Origin: Eledone cirrhosa | Taxonomy: Eukaryota | DNA: 64,000 nucleotides | Assembly (NCBI GenBank): GCA_964016885.1 | Contig: OZ024766.1 | Location: forward strand, 19,964,001-20,028,000 | Reading direction: 5' to 3' | Part shown: positions 37,973-53,065 of the stretch, one piece after another | Numbering within the stretch: position 1 is the stretch's first letter | How the letters are laid out: every line of letters begins with the position of its first letter | Translations under genes and position numbers: made by a program | Notes under the pieces: generated by a model | What the model was told of the DNA's origin: nothing | What the model saw: the letters and a program-made list of their open reading frames with translations, nothing else | Database searches by the model: none

Positions 37973-39097
37973 ATGGAAACTAAATTGAGTGAGAAGAAGA
38001 TTAAATGTGAAACATTGTCTAGAGATATGGCTATTCCAGAAGAGATGTCAAAGTCTAGAGGAGAGAAACCATATCACTGTGATGTCTGTGGTAAATCATT
38101 CTCTGTTAGTAGTACCTTAACTAGCCACAAACATATACATACTGGAGACAAGCCATACCACTGCAATATCTGTGGTAAATCATTCTCTCAAAGTGGTCAG
38201 TTAATTCCACACAAACGAACACATACAGGAGACAAGCCATACCACTGCAATATCTGTGGTAAATCATTCTCTCAAAGTGGTCAGTTAATTCCACACTTAC
38301 GTACCCATACAGGAGACAAGCCATACCACTGTGATATCTGTGGTAAATCATTCTCTGTAAGTATTGCCTTAACTAGCCACAAACGTACCCATACAGGAGA
38401 CAATCCATATCATTGTGATATCTGTGGTAAATCATTCTCTGTTAGTAGTACCTTAACTACCCACAAACGTATACATACAGGCGACAAGCCATACCACTGT
38501 GATATCTGTGGTAAATCATTCTCTCGAAGTAGTCACTTGGCTGGACACAAACATATACATACAGGAGACAAGCCATACCACTGTGATATCTGTGGTAAAT
38601 CATTCTCTGTAAGTTGTAGCTTAACTAGACACAAACGTACCCATACAGGAGCCAAGCCATACCACTGTGATATCTGTGGTAAATCATTCTCTGTTAGTAG
38701 TACCTTAACTAGCCACAAACGTATACATACTGGAGACAAGCCATACCACTGTGATATCTGCGGTAAATTATTCTCTGCATCAAGTAATTTAACTACACAC
38801 AAATACACCCATACAGGAGACAAGCCATATCACTGTGATATCTGTGGTAAATCATTCTCTGATAGTAGTGCCTTAACTAGACACGAACGTATACATACAG
38901 GAGACAAGCCATACCACTGTGATATCTGTGGTAAATCATCCTCTGTAAGTGGTAACTTAACTAAACACTTACGTACCCATACAGGAGACAAGCCATACCA
39001 CTGTGATATCTGTGGTAAATCATTCTCCGATAGTAGTTACTTAACTAAACACTTACGTACCCATACAGGAGACAAGTCTTACCACTGCGATATCTGA
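37973..39097 (+). CDS. Poly-C2H2 zinc-finger protein, copy 6 (12 fingers)
   Basis: 374-aa ORF ending at TGA in a Cys2 codon. Confidence 0.9.
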   Translation: METKLSEKKIKCETLSRDMAIPEEMSKSRGEKPYHCDVCGKSFSVSSTLTSHKHIHTGDKPYHCNICGKSFSQSGQLIPHKRTHTGDKPYHCNICGKSFSQSGQLIPHLRTHTGDKPYHCDICGKSFSVSIALTSHKRTHTGDNPYHCDICGKSFSVSSTLTTHKRIHTGDKPYHCDICGKSFSRSSHLAGHKHIHTGDKPYHCDICGKSFSVSCSLTRHKRTHTGAKPYHCDICGKSFSVSSTLTSHKRIHTGDKPYHCDICGKLFSASSNLTTHKYTHTGDKPYHCDICGKSFSDSSALTRHERIHTGDKPYHCDICGKSSSVSGNLTKHLRTHTGDKPYHCDICGKSFSDSSYLTKHLRTHTGDKSYHCDI

Positions 39098-40112
39098 GGT
39101 AAATCATTCTCTGTATCAAGTAGTTTAACTAGACACAAATATACCCATATGGGTGAGAACCCATAACGAAAAATATATCTCGTCTGAAAATGGTGAATTA
39201 AACACAAATACATTCATATGAGAAGCCATGCCACTGTGCTATTCTCTTTCATTGCTGCTTAACTTCATACAAACATATATATACTGGAGAAAAGCCAACC
39301 ACTGTAATATTTGTGGTAAATTGTTATCCATGATAGCTTGTTCAACTAGACACAAACATATACATACAGGAGAGAAACCATATCACTGTGATATCTGTGG
39401 GAAATCATTCTCTGAAATAACTCACTTCATTCGGCACTAACATTTACAGGAGAGGAACTATATCACTGTGATGTCTGCAGTAAATAATTCTCTAAATGTT
39501 GTGGCTTCACTAGACACTAACATATACAGGAGAGGAACCATATCACTGTAATGTCTGCAGTAAATCATTGTCTAAATGTTGTGGCTTCACTACACACTAA
39601 CATTTACAGGAGAGGAACTATATCACTGTGATGTCTGTGCTAAATCATTCTCTAAATGTTGGGGCTTCACTAGACACTAACATATAGAGGAGAGGAACCA
39701 TATCACTGTGATGTCTGTGGTAAATCATTCTCTTGTAAAGGTTACTTAATGCAACACAATCAGACAAGATAAAAACCATACCACTCACCCAAAATTGTGC
39801 CACCAATGTTAATATTTTGAATAAAACTGTTTTACTAAGAAATTCTTCTCCTTTCATTTTATTTGTAGAAGTTGTAACCAAGACTTGTGCTGACAAATCT
39901 GTATCGTTCAGAATTTACACACACTATATATATGTGAATGTATGTGTCTAGAAATGTGTGTCCCCTTTTGTTTGTTGCATATATAGTGGATAAACGTATT
40001 CTTCTGTGTATGAATGATAAAAAGAATAATGCCAGAATTGTGATGTTGACAATGTTTATTTTACAATAACAACATTAACTTCTTGCTACATTGAATATCA
40101 AGTAATAAAAAT

Positions 40113-40745
40113 TGTGACAGGAATTATCACTACATCAATTTGCTGACTAGCTACTTCGAGCTAGCGTGTATGTATGTATCAATACAACGATACAATAGAA
40201 GTGATTCAACAGGAAGACAAAAGAATAGATAAAACACAGAAGTAAACAGTATAATGAAACCTACTGAGTGTGTGTGTATCCTTAGTATTTGTTATTCCTC
40301 TCAAGGACTGCTGCTTTGGTCTCTCCTGTTTGGTGGTGTAGTCTGTGGCCAAGAAGGTGAGAGCCAGTAAGGCCAGGAGAGAGAGATAGAGTAAAAGGTC
40401 AGTAGAAGTCTGTAGACCCCAAGAGGTCTGTAGAATGTGAATGTTTCACATCATTATTCTCTTAAGGACTACTGCTTCGTGGTCTGGCTGCTGGATTCCC
40501 TTTGTACTTGTATTTATAATAACCCTATAGCTAGATGTGTATACAGGGTTGATTTATGAGTAGCCATGTGAGTTTCAACTATCTTGAAGCTGGGGTCACA
40601 GGTCAAGTGGCATGTATGTTCATCATTGTTGTCTCTTGACAGGACAATGGTGGGAAACTCGCAACGATAGGTGGTCCCAGATGCAAGAACTTTTAGATTC
40701 GGTTTCGAATCTTCGCCAGGTAATTTATAGGAGAATTCCGTTACA
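40113..40745 (-). mobile_element. Solo-LTR-like element, unit 6
   Basis: Copy of 4546-5178. Confidence 0.6.
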
Positions 40746-41139
40746 CATCTATTAATGACATAGATGGCAACTTAAAGAGTGTCACAGTACTGAAATATGC
40801 AGATGACATCAAGCTGTCCCTTGAGATAAAAAGGACAGATCCTGAACTCTATAGATCTGGACACAATGCAGCAATGGACCATGGACTGGCAACTAAAGCT
40901 GGCTGTGTACAAGTGTACGAGCATTCATTTATTTATCTATTTAAAGCTGTAAATAGCTATGGTGCGGCCACACTTAGAATTTGCATCACCAGTCTGGAAC
41001 CCCTGTCTTGCTCAGAACATTGATCTGGAAATTGTTTAGAGACGTGCAACCAAGTGAATACGCTCCATCAAGCATCTACCATACTCTGAATGCCTTGCCT
41101 CCCTGGGTATGGATACACTGAAGGTATGACGTCTGGAAC
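40746..41139 (+). mobile_element. CR1-type LINE RT fragment, unit 6
   Basis: Copy of 5179-5575. Confidence 0.82.
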
Positions 41140-41584
41140 TTGCTACTTATTGCACCTGAGCATCAGCCACATATAAAATCTACGTTCTTAGATAGCTGGC
41201 CTGTGTTCCCAGTACTTCTATTATGTACCCATAGTTTGTATTTGGGACATAAAATGGAATTTCTACCTACTCCTTTCCTACACACTGAACATGGCCATTT
41301 CCCAGAGGGCACCTGTGCCCTATTTTCCTTCCTACAAACTAGAACTTTAGTCTTAGACAAGTTAACTTTAAGGCCTTTTGATTCTAGGCCATGCTTCCAT
41401 GTTTGGAATTTCTTATCTAGTTCAGCTGTTAGATCATCTGCGTATAGAAGTTCCCATGGGCAGCCAGTCTTAAACTCCTCTGTTTTAGCCTGAAGGGCAA
41501 TAATAAATAGGAGGGGGCTAAGGACTGAGCCTTGATGAACACCAACTTTTATACTAAATTCTTCACTGTATTCATTGCTAATTC
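41140..41584 (-). mobile_element. RTE-type LINE RT fragment, unit 6
   Basis: ORF 41163..41627. Confidence 0.88.
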
Positions 41585-41772
41585 TATATATATACACATA
41601 TTTGTGTGTATATATATATATACACATATTTATGTGTATGTATATATATATTTACTACACCACATTCTTCGTCTAAGTGTAATTTGTAATGTTATTTACA
41701 AAACTAGGAATAAAATAATTCTTAAGATATTCACTGCGAACCTGTACTCTCTCTATATCTTTTTTGGACCTG

Positions 41773-41814
<42 letters not shown>

Positions 41815-42377
41815 GTATATATATTTTTTATCTATTTCACATTTGTGCTATTTGGAATGTTATGTATACAACCAGGAATAAAATAATTCTTCCCCTAACT
41901 CTTACCATTCACTGCGAGACTGTACTTGCTGTTCGGCCCTGGGATATGAATATATATATATATGTATATATATATTTACTACAGCACATTATTTGTCTCA
42001 GTATAGTTTGTAATGTTATTTATACAACCAGGAATAAAATAATTCTTACTCTAAACCTTACCATTCACTGCGAGACTCTACTGGCTTTACTTCCTGTTCC
42101 TGCCCCACCTACTTTCGTTCATTCATTAATTTACTTCAAATTCAATCAATTCCTGTCTCTTTCTTCTATATTTTATATTTTCAAGGTATTTCAACAACTT
42201 TTATCTGTTTTACGTTTCTTTCATTAATTTATTCCGTTTTATATTTAAAATATTTCTGACTATTTTTTCCCGTATTTTCTGTCTAAATATTTATATATAC
42301 TTTATATATATAAAGTATATATATATGTATATATATATATAAAGTATATATAAATATGTATATATATATATATAAAG

Positions 42378-42409
<32 letters not shown>

Positions 42410-42764
42410 ATATATATATATAAAGTATATATATATATATAAAGTATATAAATATATATAAAGTATATATATATATATAAATATGTATATATAAATATAT
42501 GTCTATATATATATATGTATTCATGTATATATGCATATATATGTGTGTATATATATTGTATATATACATACATACATTATACATACTAGACAAGATAATA
42601 CACCTTCACATCTGATATAAGAATACGGATAGGCTATGTAGCCGGTAAAACCAAAAGGGGTGAAACACATATTGCTATAGTGTTTCACCAGCTCTTCCTC
42701 AATCATTCATAGATGTGAGTGTATATAATAATTATTTTGTATAATGTGTCTATAAATATATATG

Positions 42765-43340
42765 AGTAGATGTGTGTATAACTCTGTAGATGTGTGTATA
42801 ACTCTGTAGATGTGTGTGTAACTCTGTAGATGTGTGTATAACTCAGTAGATGTGTGTGTAACTCAGTAGATGTGTGTATAACTCAGTAGATGTGTGTGTA
42901 ACTCAGTAGATGTGTGTGTAACTCAGTAGATGTGTGTGTAACTCAGTAGATGTGTGTATAACTCAGTAGATGTGTGTATAACTCAGTAGATGTGTGTAAC
43001 TCAGTAGATGTGTATAACTCTGTAGATGTGTGTGTAACTCAGTAGATGTGTGTATAACTCAGTAGATGTGTGTGTAACTCAGTAGATGTGTGTAACTCTG
43101 TAGATGTGTGTGTAACTCAGTAGATGTGTGTGTAACTCAGTAGATGCGTGTGTAACTCTGTAGATGTGTATGTAACTCAGTAGATGTGTGTGTAACTCTG
43201 TAGATGTGTGTGTAGCTCAAATAATTGTCCCCCGCCCTCACTTTCGTCTCAAATAATCGTTCCCCACCCTCACTTTGGTCTCAAATAATTGTCCCCTACC
43301 CTCGCTTAGGTCTCAAATAATTTTCCCCCACCCTCACTCA
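42765..43340. repeat. Compound minisatellite, unit 7 (32-mer x4)
   Basis: As unit 1. Confidence 0.95.
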
Positions 43341-43525
43341 TTTAATTTTCAGATTTTTTACACCACCACCCCACTCTTGATTCACCCCACCCATTTAAAA
43401 TAAATAGGATGGGTTGTGGTCTCATTATGTAAACTAAATGACTAATTCTGGTTTTCTATCTCTGGTGAAATTTATATGTATATATATATATGTATAGATA
43501 TATAAATATCTATGCATATGTATAT

Positions 43526-43801
43526 CATCATCATCATCATCATCATTATCACCGTTTTACGTCCGTTCTTCCACGCTAGCATGGGTTAGACGGGTTGTCC
43601 TGTTGTGGGCAGTGTCTGGTCGGCTGACCATGCCTTGCTCATACAGGAACTCATTTGGCTTGATTTCTACAGCTGGATGCCCTTCCTAACACCAACCTCA
43701 TTTACAGTGAGTGCTGGGTGCTTTTTCGTGGCGCCTACACGTCCACTTTACAGTGTTGGCTGGGTGCTTTTTTGCCGTGGCACCTCCACGACCACCTTGC
43801 G
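43526..43801 (-). mobile_element. SINE-like element, unit 7
   Basis: Copy of 1086-1358. Confidence 0.7.
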
Positions 43802-44828
43802 GTATATATATATAAATATTTATACATATGTATATATATATGTATGTATATATATATGTATATATATGAGCTCTTAAGACCAGTAAAATAACCTCTCTAG
43901 TGACACAAACAATACACCCAGTCCTTGCTGTAAAGTGGTTTATGTGGAAAGGCATCCAAACAGCAAAGAAAAAAAATAGCGCTAAAATTATGGAAAGCCC
44001 TACAAATTAAAATTTCTACTAATTGTGTCTACAAGCCTAACACAAGTCATGTTAACGGGGTGCCTAGTGTAGCCTTGTGTGAGAATCCTTTGACTGTTAT
44101 CAAGCAATTACACAGCACTTTTCCCCTTCCAGGTAGAAAGAACTGTTACTCAAGGAACTGTCAAGTTACACATCTCAGGTCTCAGACAATTACCATGTTA
44201 GAGTGTCATATAAGAATGAAGTTCTTGGGTAAAGGCTATAGGGCAGACCTCCCAAAAGTTAGAAGGATATAGTTTATAGAGCATCTTGGAATACCACTGC
44301 TTACATTGGAGAGAATAACTCTGGACAGGAAAGTTGATATCTACAGTTTATCAATATAGAAATATAAAATTTCCAATGTTAAATCTATCTCTGTTTCTAA
44401 AGTATTCTCTATTATCTCATACTGTTTCTTTCTTATTTCAGAATATCAGATGACATTGGGATAAAATTATTTTTTAATCTTGAATACATCCCCTCTATTT
44501 ATCATCATTTCAAGAATAAAGGTTTTGATACGGAACTCATATAACACTGTTTATATAAATCTACGGCAGAATTAGTGTGAAATATTTCCTCAGAACTGTG
44601 TGTCTTGGAAAAATTCTTGGAAAAGTATTGTTTCATCACCATCTGAAATATTTACAAGATGATTTTGAATCTTAACTAAACTTGGATCAGAAAGAAGTTT
44701 GCATCATCTTCAGATCTTGACTGAGATCACCGTTGCCGGAAATATAGCAAAAGAAATATCTTCAGGAATATAATATATAAAATAAGACAAGAATAACATC
44801 TGTAAATTCTGCCAAGGGAAGAAGAAAC

Positions 44829-46385
44829 ATGGAAACTAAATTGAGTGAAAAGAAGATTAAATGTGAAACATTGTCTAGAGATATGGCTATTCCAGCAGAG
44901 ATGCCAAAGTCTAGAGGAGAGAAACCATATCACTGTGATGTCTGTGGTAAATCATTCTCTAAAAGTGGTCAGTTAATTCCACACAAACGTACGCATACAG
45001 GAGACAAGCCATACCACTGCGATATCTGTGGTAAATCATTCTCTCAAAGTAGTCACTTAACTAGCCACAAACGTATGCATTCAGGAGACAAACCATACCA
45101 CTGTGGTATCTGTGGTAAATCATTCTCTGATAGTGGTACCTTAACTAGACACAAACGTATCCATACAGGAGAGAAGCCATACCACTGCGATATCTGTGGT
45201 AAATCTTTCTCTGAAAGTGGTTCCTTAACTTCACACTTACGTACCCATACAGGAGACAAGAGATACCAGTGTGATATCTGTGGTAAATCATTGTCTCAAA
45301 GTAGTAACTTAACTAAACACAAACGTATACATACAGGAGAAAAGCCATACCACTGTGATATCTGTGGTAAATCATTCTCCGTAAGTAATAGCTTAACTAA
45401 ACACTTACATACCCATACCCATACAGGAGACAAGCCATACCACTGTGATATCTGTGGTAAATCATTCTGTCATAGTAGTGACTTACCTAGACACAAACGT
45501 ATACATACAGGAGACAAGCCATACCACTGTGATATCTGTGGTAAATCATTCTCTCGAAGTAGTCACTTAACTTGCCACAAACGTATACATACAGGAGACA
45601 AGCCATACCACTGTGATATCTGTGGTAAATCATTCTCTGATAGTAGTACCTTAACTAGACACAAACGTATACATACAGGAGACAGGCCATACCACTGTGA
45701 TATCTGTGGTAAATCATTCTCTGCAAGTGGTTCCTTAACTTCACACTTACGTACCCATACTGGAGACAAGCCATACCACTGTGATATCTGTGGTAAATCA
45801 TTCTCTCGAAGTAGTCACTTAACTTGCCACAAAAGTATACATACAGGAGACAAGCCGTACCACTGTGATATCTGTGGTAAATCATTCTCCGTAAGTAATA
45901 GCTTAACTAAACACTTACATACCCATACCCATAGTGGAGACAAGCCATACCACTGCGATATCTGTGGTAAATCATTCTCTCAAAGTAGCAACTTAACTAG
46001 ACACATACGTATACATACAGGAGACAAGCCATACCACTGTGAGATCTGTGGTAAATCATTCTCTGATAGTAGTACCTTAACTGTACACAAATATACCCAT
46101 ACAGGAGACAAGCCATACCACTGTGATATCTGTGGTAAATCATTCTTTATAAGTAGTCAATTAACTATACACAAACGTATACATACAGGAGACAAGCCAT
46201 ACCACTGTGATATCTGTGGTAAATCATTCTCTCAAAGTAGCAACTTAACTTGCCACAAACGTATACATACAGGAGACAAGCCATACCACTGTGATATCTG
46301 TGGTAAATCATTCTCTGTAAGTAGTACCTTAACTAAACACTTACGTACCCATACAGGAGACAAGCCATACCACTGCGATATCTGA
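44829..46385 (+). CDS. Poly-C2H2 zinc-finger protein, copy 7 (17 fingers)
   Basis: 518-aa ORF; translation appears identical to copy 5. Confidence 0.9.
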   Translation: METKLSEKKIKCETLSRDMAIPAEMPKSRGEKPYHCDVCGKSFSKSGQLIPHKRTHTGDKPYHCDICGKSFSQSSHLTSHKRMHSGDKPYHCGICGKSFSDSGTLTRHKRIHTGEKPYHCDICGKSFSESGSLTSHLRTHTGDKRYQCDICGKSLSQSSNLTKHKRIHTGEKPYHCDICGKSFSVSNSLTKHLHTHTHTGDKPYHCDICGKSFCHSSDLPRHKRIHTGDKPYHCDICGKSFSRSSHLTCHKRIHTGDKPYHCDICGKSFSDSSTLTRHKRIHTGDRPYHCDICGKSFSASGSLTSHLRTHTGDKPYHCDICGKSFSRSSHLTCHKSIHTGDKPYHCDICGKSFSVSNSLTKHLHTHTHSGDKPYHCDICGKSFSQSSNLTRHIRIHTGDKPYHCEICGKSFSDSSTLTVHKYTHTGDKPYHCDICGKSFFISSQLTIHKRIHTGDKPYHCDICGKSFSQSSNLTCHKRIHTGDKPYHCDICGKSFSVSSTLTKHLRTHTGDKPYHCDI

Positions 46386-46610
46386 GGTAAATCATTCTCT
46401 GTATCAAGTAGTTTAACTAGACACAAATATACCCATATGGGTGAGAACCCATAACGAAAAAAATATCTCGTCTGAAAATGGTGAATTAAACACAAATACA
46501 TTCATATGAGAAGCCATGCCACTGTGCTATTCTCTTTCATTGCTGCATTAACTTCATGCAAACATATATATACTGGAGAAAAGCCATATCACGGTAATAT
46601 TTGTGGTTAA

Positions 46611-46727
<117 letters not shown>

Positions 46728-47323
46728 TAACATTTACAGGAGAGGAACTATATCACTGTGATGTCTGCAGTAAATAATTCTCTAAATGTTGTGGCTTCAC
46801 TAGACACTAACATATACAGGAGAGGAACTATATCACTGTGATGTCTGCAGTAAATCATTCTCTAAATGTTGTGGCTTCACTAGACACTAACATATACAGG
46901 AGAGGAACCATATCACTGTGATGTCTGTGGTAAATCTATTTTCTTGTAAATATTACTTAATGCAACACAATCAGACAAGATAAAAACCATATCACTCACC
47001 CAAAATAGTGCCACCAATGTTAATATTTTGAATAAAACTGTTTTACTAAGAAATTCTTCTCCTTTCATTTTATTTGTAGAAGTTGTAACCAAGACTTGTG
47101 CTGACAAATCTGTATCGTTCAGAATTTACATACGCTATATATATGTGAATGTATGTGTGTAGAAATATGTGTCCCCTTTTATTTGTTGCATATGTAGTGG
47201 ATAAATGTATTCTTTTGTGTATGAATGATAAAAAGAATAATGCCAGAATTGTGATGTTGACAATGTTTATTTTACAATAACAATATTCACTTGTTGCTAC
47301 ATTGAATATCAAGTAATAAAAAT

Positions 47324-47966
47324 TGTGACAGGAATTATCACTACATCAATTTGCTGACTAGCTACTTCGAGCTAGCGTGTATGTTGGTATCAATACAACG
47401 ATACACGAGAAGTGATTCAACAGGAAGACAAAAGAATAGATAAAACCCAGAAGTAAACAGTATAATGAAACCTATTGAGTGTGTGTGTATCCTTAGTATT
47501 TGTTATTCCTCTCAAGGACTGCTGCTTTGGTCTCTCTTGTTTGGTGGCGTAGTCTGTGGCCAAGAAGGTGAGAGCCAGTAAGGCCAGGAGAGAGAGATAG
47601 AGTAAAAGGCCTGTAGACGTCAGTAGAAGTCTGTAGACCCCAAGAGGTCTGTAGAATGTGAATGTTTCACATCATTATTCTCTTAAGGACTACTGCTTCG
47701 TGGTCTGGCTGCTGGATTCCCTTTGTACTTGTATTTATAATAACCCTATAGCTAGATGTGTATACAGGGTTGATTTATGAGTAGCCATGTGAGTTTCAGC
47801 TATCTTGAAGCTGGGGTCACAGGTCAAGTGGCATGTATGTTCATCATTGTTGTCTCTTGACAGGACAATGGTGGGAAACTCGCAACGATAGGTGGTCCCA
47901 GATGCGAGAACTTTTAGATTCGGTTTCGAATCTTCACCAGGTTATTTATAGGAGAATTCCGTTACA
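47324..47966 (-). mobile_element. Solo-LTR-like element, unit 7 (+10 bp)
   Basis: Same insertion as unit 5. Confidence 0.6.
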
Positions 47967-48363
47967 CATCTATTAATGACATAGATGGCAACTTAAAGAG
48001 TGTCACAGTACTGAAATATTCAGATGACACCAAGCTGTCCCTTGAGATAAAAAGGACAGATCTTGAACACTATAGATCTGGACACAATGCAGCAATGGAC
48101 CACGGACTGGCAACTCAAGCTGGCTGTGTACAAGTGTACGACCATGCATTTATCTATCTATTTAAAGCTGTAAATAGCTATGGTGCGGCCACACTTAGAA
48201 ATTGCATCACCTGTCTGGAACCCCTATCTTGCTCAGAACATTGACCTCCTGGAAATTGATTAGAGACGTGCAACCAAGTGAATACCCTGCATCAAGCATC
48301 TACCATACTCTGAATGCCTTGCTTCCCTGGGTATGGATACATTGAAGGTCCGACGTCTGGAAC
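47967..48363 (+). mobile_element. CR1-type LINE RT fragment, unit 7
   Basis: Copy of 5179-5575. Confidence 0.82.
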
Positions 48364-48802
48364 TTGCTACTTATTGCACCTGAGCATCAGCCACATATAA
48401 AATCTACGTTCTTAGATAGCTGGCCTGTGTTCCCAGTACGTCTGTTATGTACCCATAGTTTGTATTGGACATAAAATGGAATTTCTACCTACTCCTTTCC
48501 TACACACTGAACATGGCCATTTCCCAGAGGGCACCTGTGCCCTATTTTCCTTCCTACAAACTAGAACTTTAGTCTTAGACAAGTTAACTTTACGGCCTTT
48601 TGATTCTAGGCCATGCTTCCATGTTTGGAATTTCTTATCTAGTTCAGCTGTTAGATCATCTGTGTATAGAAGTTCCCATGGGCAGCCTGTCTTAAACTCC
48701 TCTGTTTTAGCCTGAAGGGCAATAATAAATAGGAGGGGGCTAAGGACAGAGCCTTGATGAACACCAACTTTTATACTAAATTCTTCACTGTATTCATTGG
48801 TA

Positions 48803-48806
<4 letters not shown>
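48364..48806 (-). mobile_element. RTE-type LINE RT fragment, unit 7
   Basis: ORF 48445..48897; YTDD. Confidence 0.85.
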
Positions 48807-48841
<35 letters not shown>

Positions 48842-49049
48842 TTGTGTATATATATATACACATATTTATGTGTATGTATATATATATATATACACATATT
48901 TATGTGTATACATATATATATTTACTACACCACATTCTTCGCCTAAGTATAATTTGTAATTTTATTTACAAAAATAGGAATAAAATAATTATTGAGATAT
49001 TCACTGCGAACCTGTACTTTCTCTATGTCTTTTTCGGACCTGGTGTGTG

Positions 49050-49080
<31 letters not shown>

Positions 49081-49582
49081 ATATAAAATATATATATATA
49101 TATATACGTATTTATTTTTTTATCTATTTCACATTTGTGCTATTTGTAATGTTATGTATACAACAAGGAATAAAATAATTCTTCCCCTAACCCTTACCAT
49201 TCACTGCGAGACTGTACTTGCTGTTCGGCTCTTTGATAAATATATATACTACAGCATATTATTCGTCTAAGTATAATTTGTAATGTTATTTATACAACCA
49301 GGAATAAAATAATTCTTACCCTAAACCTTACCATTCACTGCGAGACTCTACTGTCTTTACTTCCTGTTCCTGCCCCACCTACTTTCGTTCATTCATTAAT
49401 TTACTTCAAACTCAATCAATTCCTGTCTCTTTCTTCTATATTTTATATTTTCAAGGTATTTCAACAATTTTTATCTGTTTTACGTTTCTTTCATTAATTT
49501 ATTCCGTTTTATATTTAAAATATTTCTGACTAATTTTTCCCGTATTTTCTGTCTAAATATTTATATACTTTATATATATAAA

Positions 49583-49627
<45 letters not shown>

Positions 49628-49923
49628 ATATATATATATATATATGTATAAAGTATAAATATATGTGTATATATATATGTATTCATGTATATATGCATAT
49701 ATATATATGTATATGTACTGTATATATACATACATACATACTAGACAAGATAATACACCTTCACATCTGATATAAGAATACGGATAGGCTATGTAGCCGG
49801 TAAAACCAAAAGGGGTGAAACACATATTGCTATAGTATTTCACCAGCTCTTCCTCAATCATTCATAGATGTGAGTGTATATAATAATTATTTTGTATAAT
49901 GTATCTTTTTATAAATATATATG

Positions 49924-50483
49924 AGTAGATGTGTGTATAACTATGTACATGTGTATATAACGCAGTAGATGTGTGTATAACTCAGTAGATGTGTGTAACT
50001 CAGTAGATGTGTGTATAACTCTGTAGATGTGTGTGTAACTCAGTAGATGTGTGTATAACTCAGTAGATGTGTGTATAACTCAGTAGATGTGTGTAACTCA
50101 GTAGATGTGTGTGTAACTCAGTAGATGTGTGTGTAACTCAGTAGATGTGTGTATAACTCAGTAGATGTGTGTATAACTCAGTAGATGTGTGTATAACTCA
50201 GTAGATGTGTGTAACTCAGTAGATGTGTATAACTCAGTAGATGTGTGTAAGTCAGTAGATGTGTGTATAACTCAGTAGATGTGTGTATAACTCTGTAGAT
50301 GTGTGTGTAACTCAGTAGATGTGTGTGTAACTCAGTAGATGTGTGTCTAACTCAGTAGATGTGTGTGTAACTCTGTAGATGTGTGTGTAACTCAAATAAT
50401 TGTCCCCCACCTACACTTTCGTCTCAAATAATTGTCCCCTACCCTCGCTTAGGTCTCAAATAATTTTCCCCCACCCTCACTCA
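49924..50483. repeat. Compound minisatellite, unit 8 (32-mer x3)
   Basis: As unit 1. Confidence 0.95.
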
Positions 50484-51688
50484 TTTAATTTTCAGATTTT
50501 TTACACCACCACCCAACTCTTAATTCACCCCACCCATTTAAAATAAATAGGATGGGTTGTGGTCTCATTGTGTAAACTAAATGACTTATTCTGGTTTTCT
50601 ATCTCTGGTGAAATTTATATGTATATATATATATGTATAGATATATAAATATCTATACATATGTATATATATATAAATATTTATACATATGTATATATAT
50701 ATGTATGTATATATATATGTATATATATAAGCTCTTAAGACCAGTAAAATAACCGCTCTAGTGCCACAAACAATACACCCAGTCCTTGCTGTAAAGTGGT
50801 TGATGAGAGGAAAGGCATCCAAACAGAAAAAAAAAAAAATAGCGCTAAAATTATGTAATCCCTACGAATATAAATTCCCACTAATTGTGTCTACAAGCCT
50901 AACACAAGTCATGTTAACGGGGTGCCTAGTGTAGCCTTGTGTGAGAATCCTTTGACTGTTATCAAGCAATTACACAGCACTTTTCCCCTTCCAGGTAGAA
51001 AGAACTGTTACTCAAGGAACTGTCAAGTTACACATCTCAGGTCTCAGACAATTACCATGTTAGAATGTCATATAAGAATGAAGTTCTTGGGTAAAGGCTA
51101 TAGAGCAGACCTCCCAAGAGTTAGAAGGATATAGTTTATAGAGCATCGTGGAATATCACTGCTTACATTGGAGAGAATAACTCTGGACAGGATAGTTGAT
51201 ATCTGGTTTATCAATATAGAAATATAACATTTCCACTGTTAAATCTATCTCTGTTTCTAAAGTATTCTCTATTATCTCATACTGTTTCTTTCTTATTTCA
51301 GAATATCAGATGACATTAGGATAAAATTATTTTTTAATCTTGAATACATCCCCTCTATTTATCATCATTTCAAGACTAAAGGTTTTGATACGGAACTCAT
51401 ATAACACTGTTTATATAAATCTATGGCAGAATTAGTGTGAAATATTTCCTCAGAACTGTGCGTCTTGGAAAAATTCTTGGAAAAGTATTGTTTCATCAGC
51501 ATCTGAAATATTTACAAGGTGATTTTGAATCTTAACTAAACTTGGATCAGAAAGAAGTTTGCATCATCTTCAGATCTTGACTGAGATCACCGTTGCCGGA
51601 AATATAGCAGAAGAAATATCTTCAGGAATATAATATATAAAATAAGACAAGAATAACATCTGTAAATTCTGCCAAGGGAAGAAGAAAC

Positions 51689-53065
51689 ATGGAAACTAAA
51701 TTGAGTGAGAAGAAGATTAAATGTGAAACATTGTCTAGAGATATGGCTATTCCAGAAGAGATGTCAAAGTCTAGAGGAGAGAAACCATATCACTGTGATG
51801 TCTGTGGTAAATCATTCTCTGTTAGTAGTACCTTAACTAGCCACAAACATATACATACTGGAGACAAGCCATACCACTGCAATATCTGTGGTAAATCATT
51901 CTCTCAAAGTGGTCAGTTAATTCCACACAAACGAACACATACAGGAGACAAGCCATACCACTGCGATATCTGTGGTAAATCATTCTCTCAAAGTATTCAC
52001 TTAACTAGACACAAACGTATACATACAGGAGACAAGCCATACCACTGTGATATCTGTGGTAAATCATTCTCTGTAAGTAGTGCCTTAACTAGCCACAAAC
52101 GTACCCATACAGGAGACAATCCATATCATTGTGATATCTGTGGTAAATCATTCTCTGTTAGTAGTACCTTAACTACCCACAAACGTATACATACAGGCGA
52201 CAAGCCATACCACTGTGATATCTGTGGTAAATCATTCTCTCGAAGTAGTCACTTGGCTAGACACAAACATATACATACAGGAGACAAGCCATACCACTGT
52301 GATATCTGTGGTAAATCATTCTCTGTTAGTAGTACCTTAACTATACACAAACGTACCCATACTGGAGACAAGCCATACCACTGTGATATCTGCGGTAAAT
52401 TATTCTCTGCATCAAGTAATTTAACTACACACAAATACACCCATACAGGAGACAAGCCATATCACTGTGATATCTGTGGTACATCATTCTCTCGAAGTAA
52501 TCACTTAACTAGACACAAACGTATACATACAGGAGACAAGCCATACCACTGTGATATCTGTGGTAAATCATTCTCTGATAGTAGTACCTTAACTATACAC
52601 AAACGTACCCATACTGGAGACAAGCCATACCACTGTGATATCTGTGGTAAATTATTCTCTGCATCAAATAATTTAACTACACACAAATATACCCATACAG
52701 GAGACAAGCCATACCACTGTGATATCTGTGGTAAATCATTCTTTATAAGTAGTCACTTAACTATACACAAACGTATACATACAGGAGACAAGCCATACCA
52801 CTGTGATATCTGTGGTAAATCATTCTCTGATAGTAGTGCCTTAACTAGACACGAACGTATACATACAGGAGACAAGCCATACCACTGTGATATCTGTGGT
52901 AAATCATCCTCTGTAAGTGGTAACTTAACTAAACACTTACGTACCCATACAGGAGACAAGCCATACCACTGTGATATCTGTGGTAAATCATTCTCCGATA
53001 GTAGTTACTTAACTAAACACTTACGTACCCATACAGGAGACAAGTCTTACCACTGCGATATCTGA
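51689..53065 (+). CDS. Poly-C2H2 zinc-finger protein, copy 8 (15 fingers)
   Basis: 458-aa ORF. Same ends as copy 6 but a different central finger set. Confidence 0.9.
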   Translation: METKLSEKKIKCETLSRDMAIPEEMSKSRGEKPYHCDVCGKSFSVSSTLTSHKHIHTGDKPYHCNICGKSFSQSGQLIPHKRTHTGDKPYHCDICGKSFSQSIHLTRHKRIHTGDKPYHCDICGKSFSVSSALTSHKRTHTGDNPYHCDICGKSFSVSSTLTTHKRIHTGDKPYHCDICGKSFSRSSHLARHKHIHTGDKPYHCDICGKSFSVSSTLTIHKRTHTGDKPYHCDICGKLFSASSNLTTHKYTHTGDKPYHCDICGTSFSRSNHLTRHKRIHTGDKPYHCDICGKSFSDSSTLTIHKRTHTGDKPYHCDICGKLFSASNNLTTHKYTHTGDKPYHCDICGKSFFISSHLTIHKRIHTGDKPYHCDICGKSFSDSSALTRHERIHTGDKPYHCDICGKSSSVSGNLTKHLRTHTGDKPYHCDICGKSFSDSSYLTKHLRTHTGDKSYHCDI

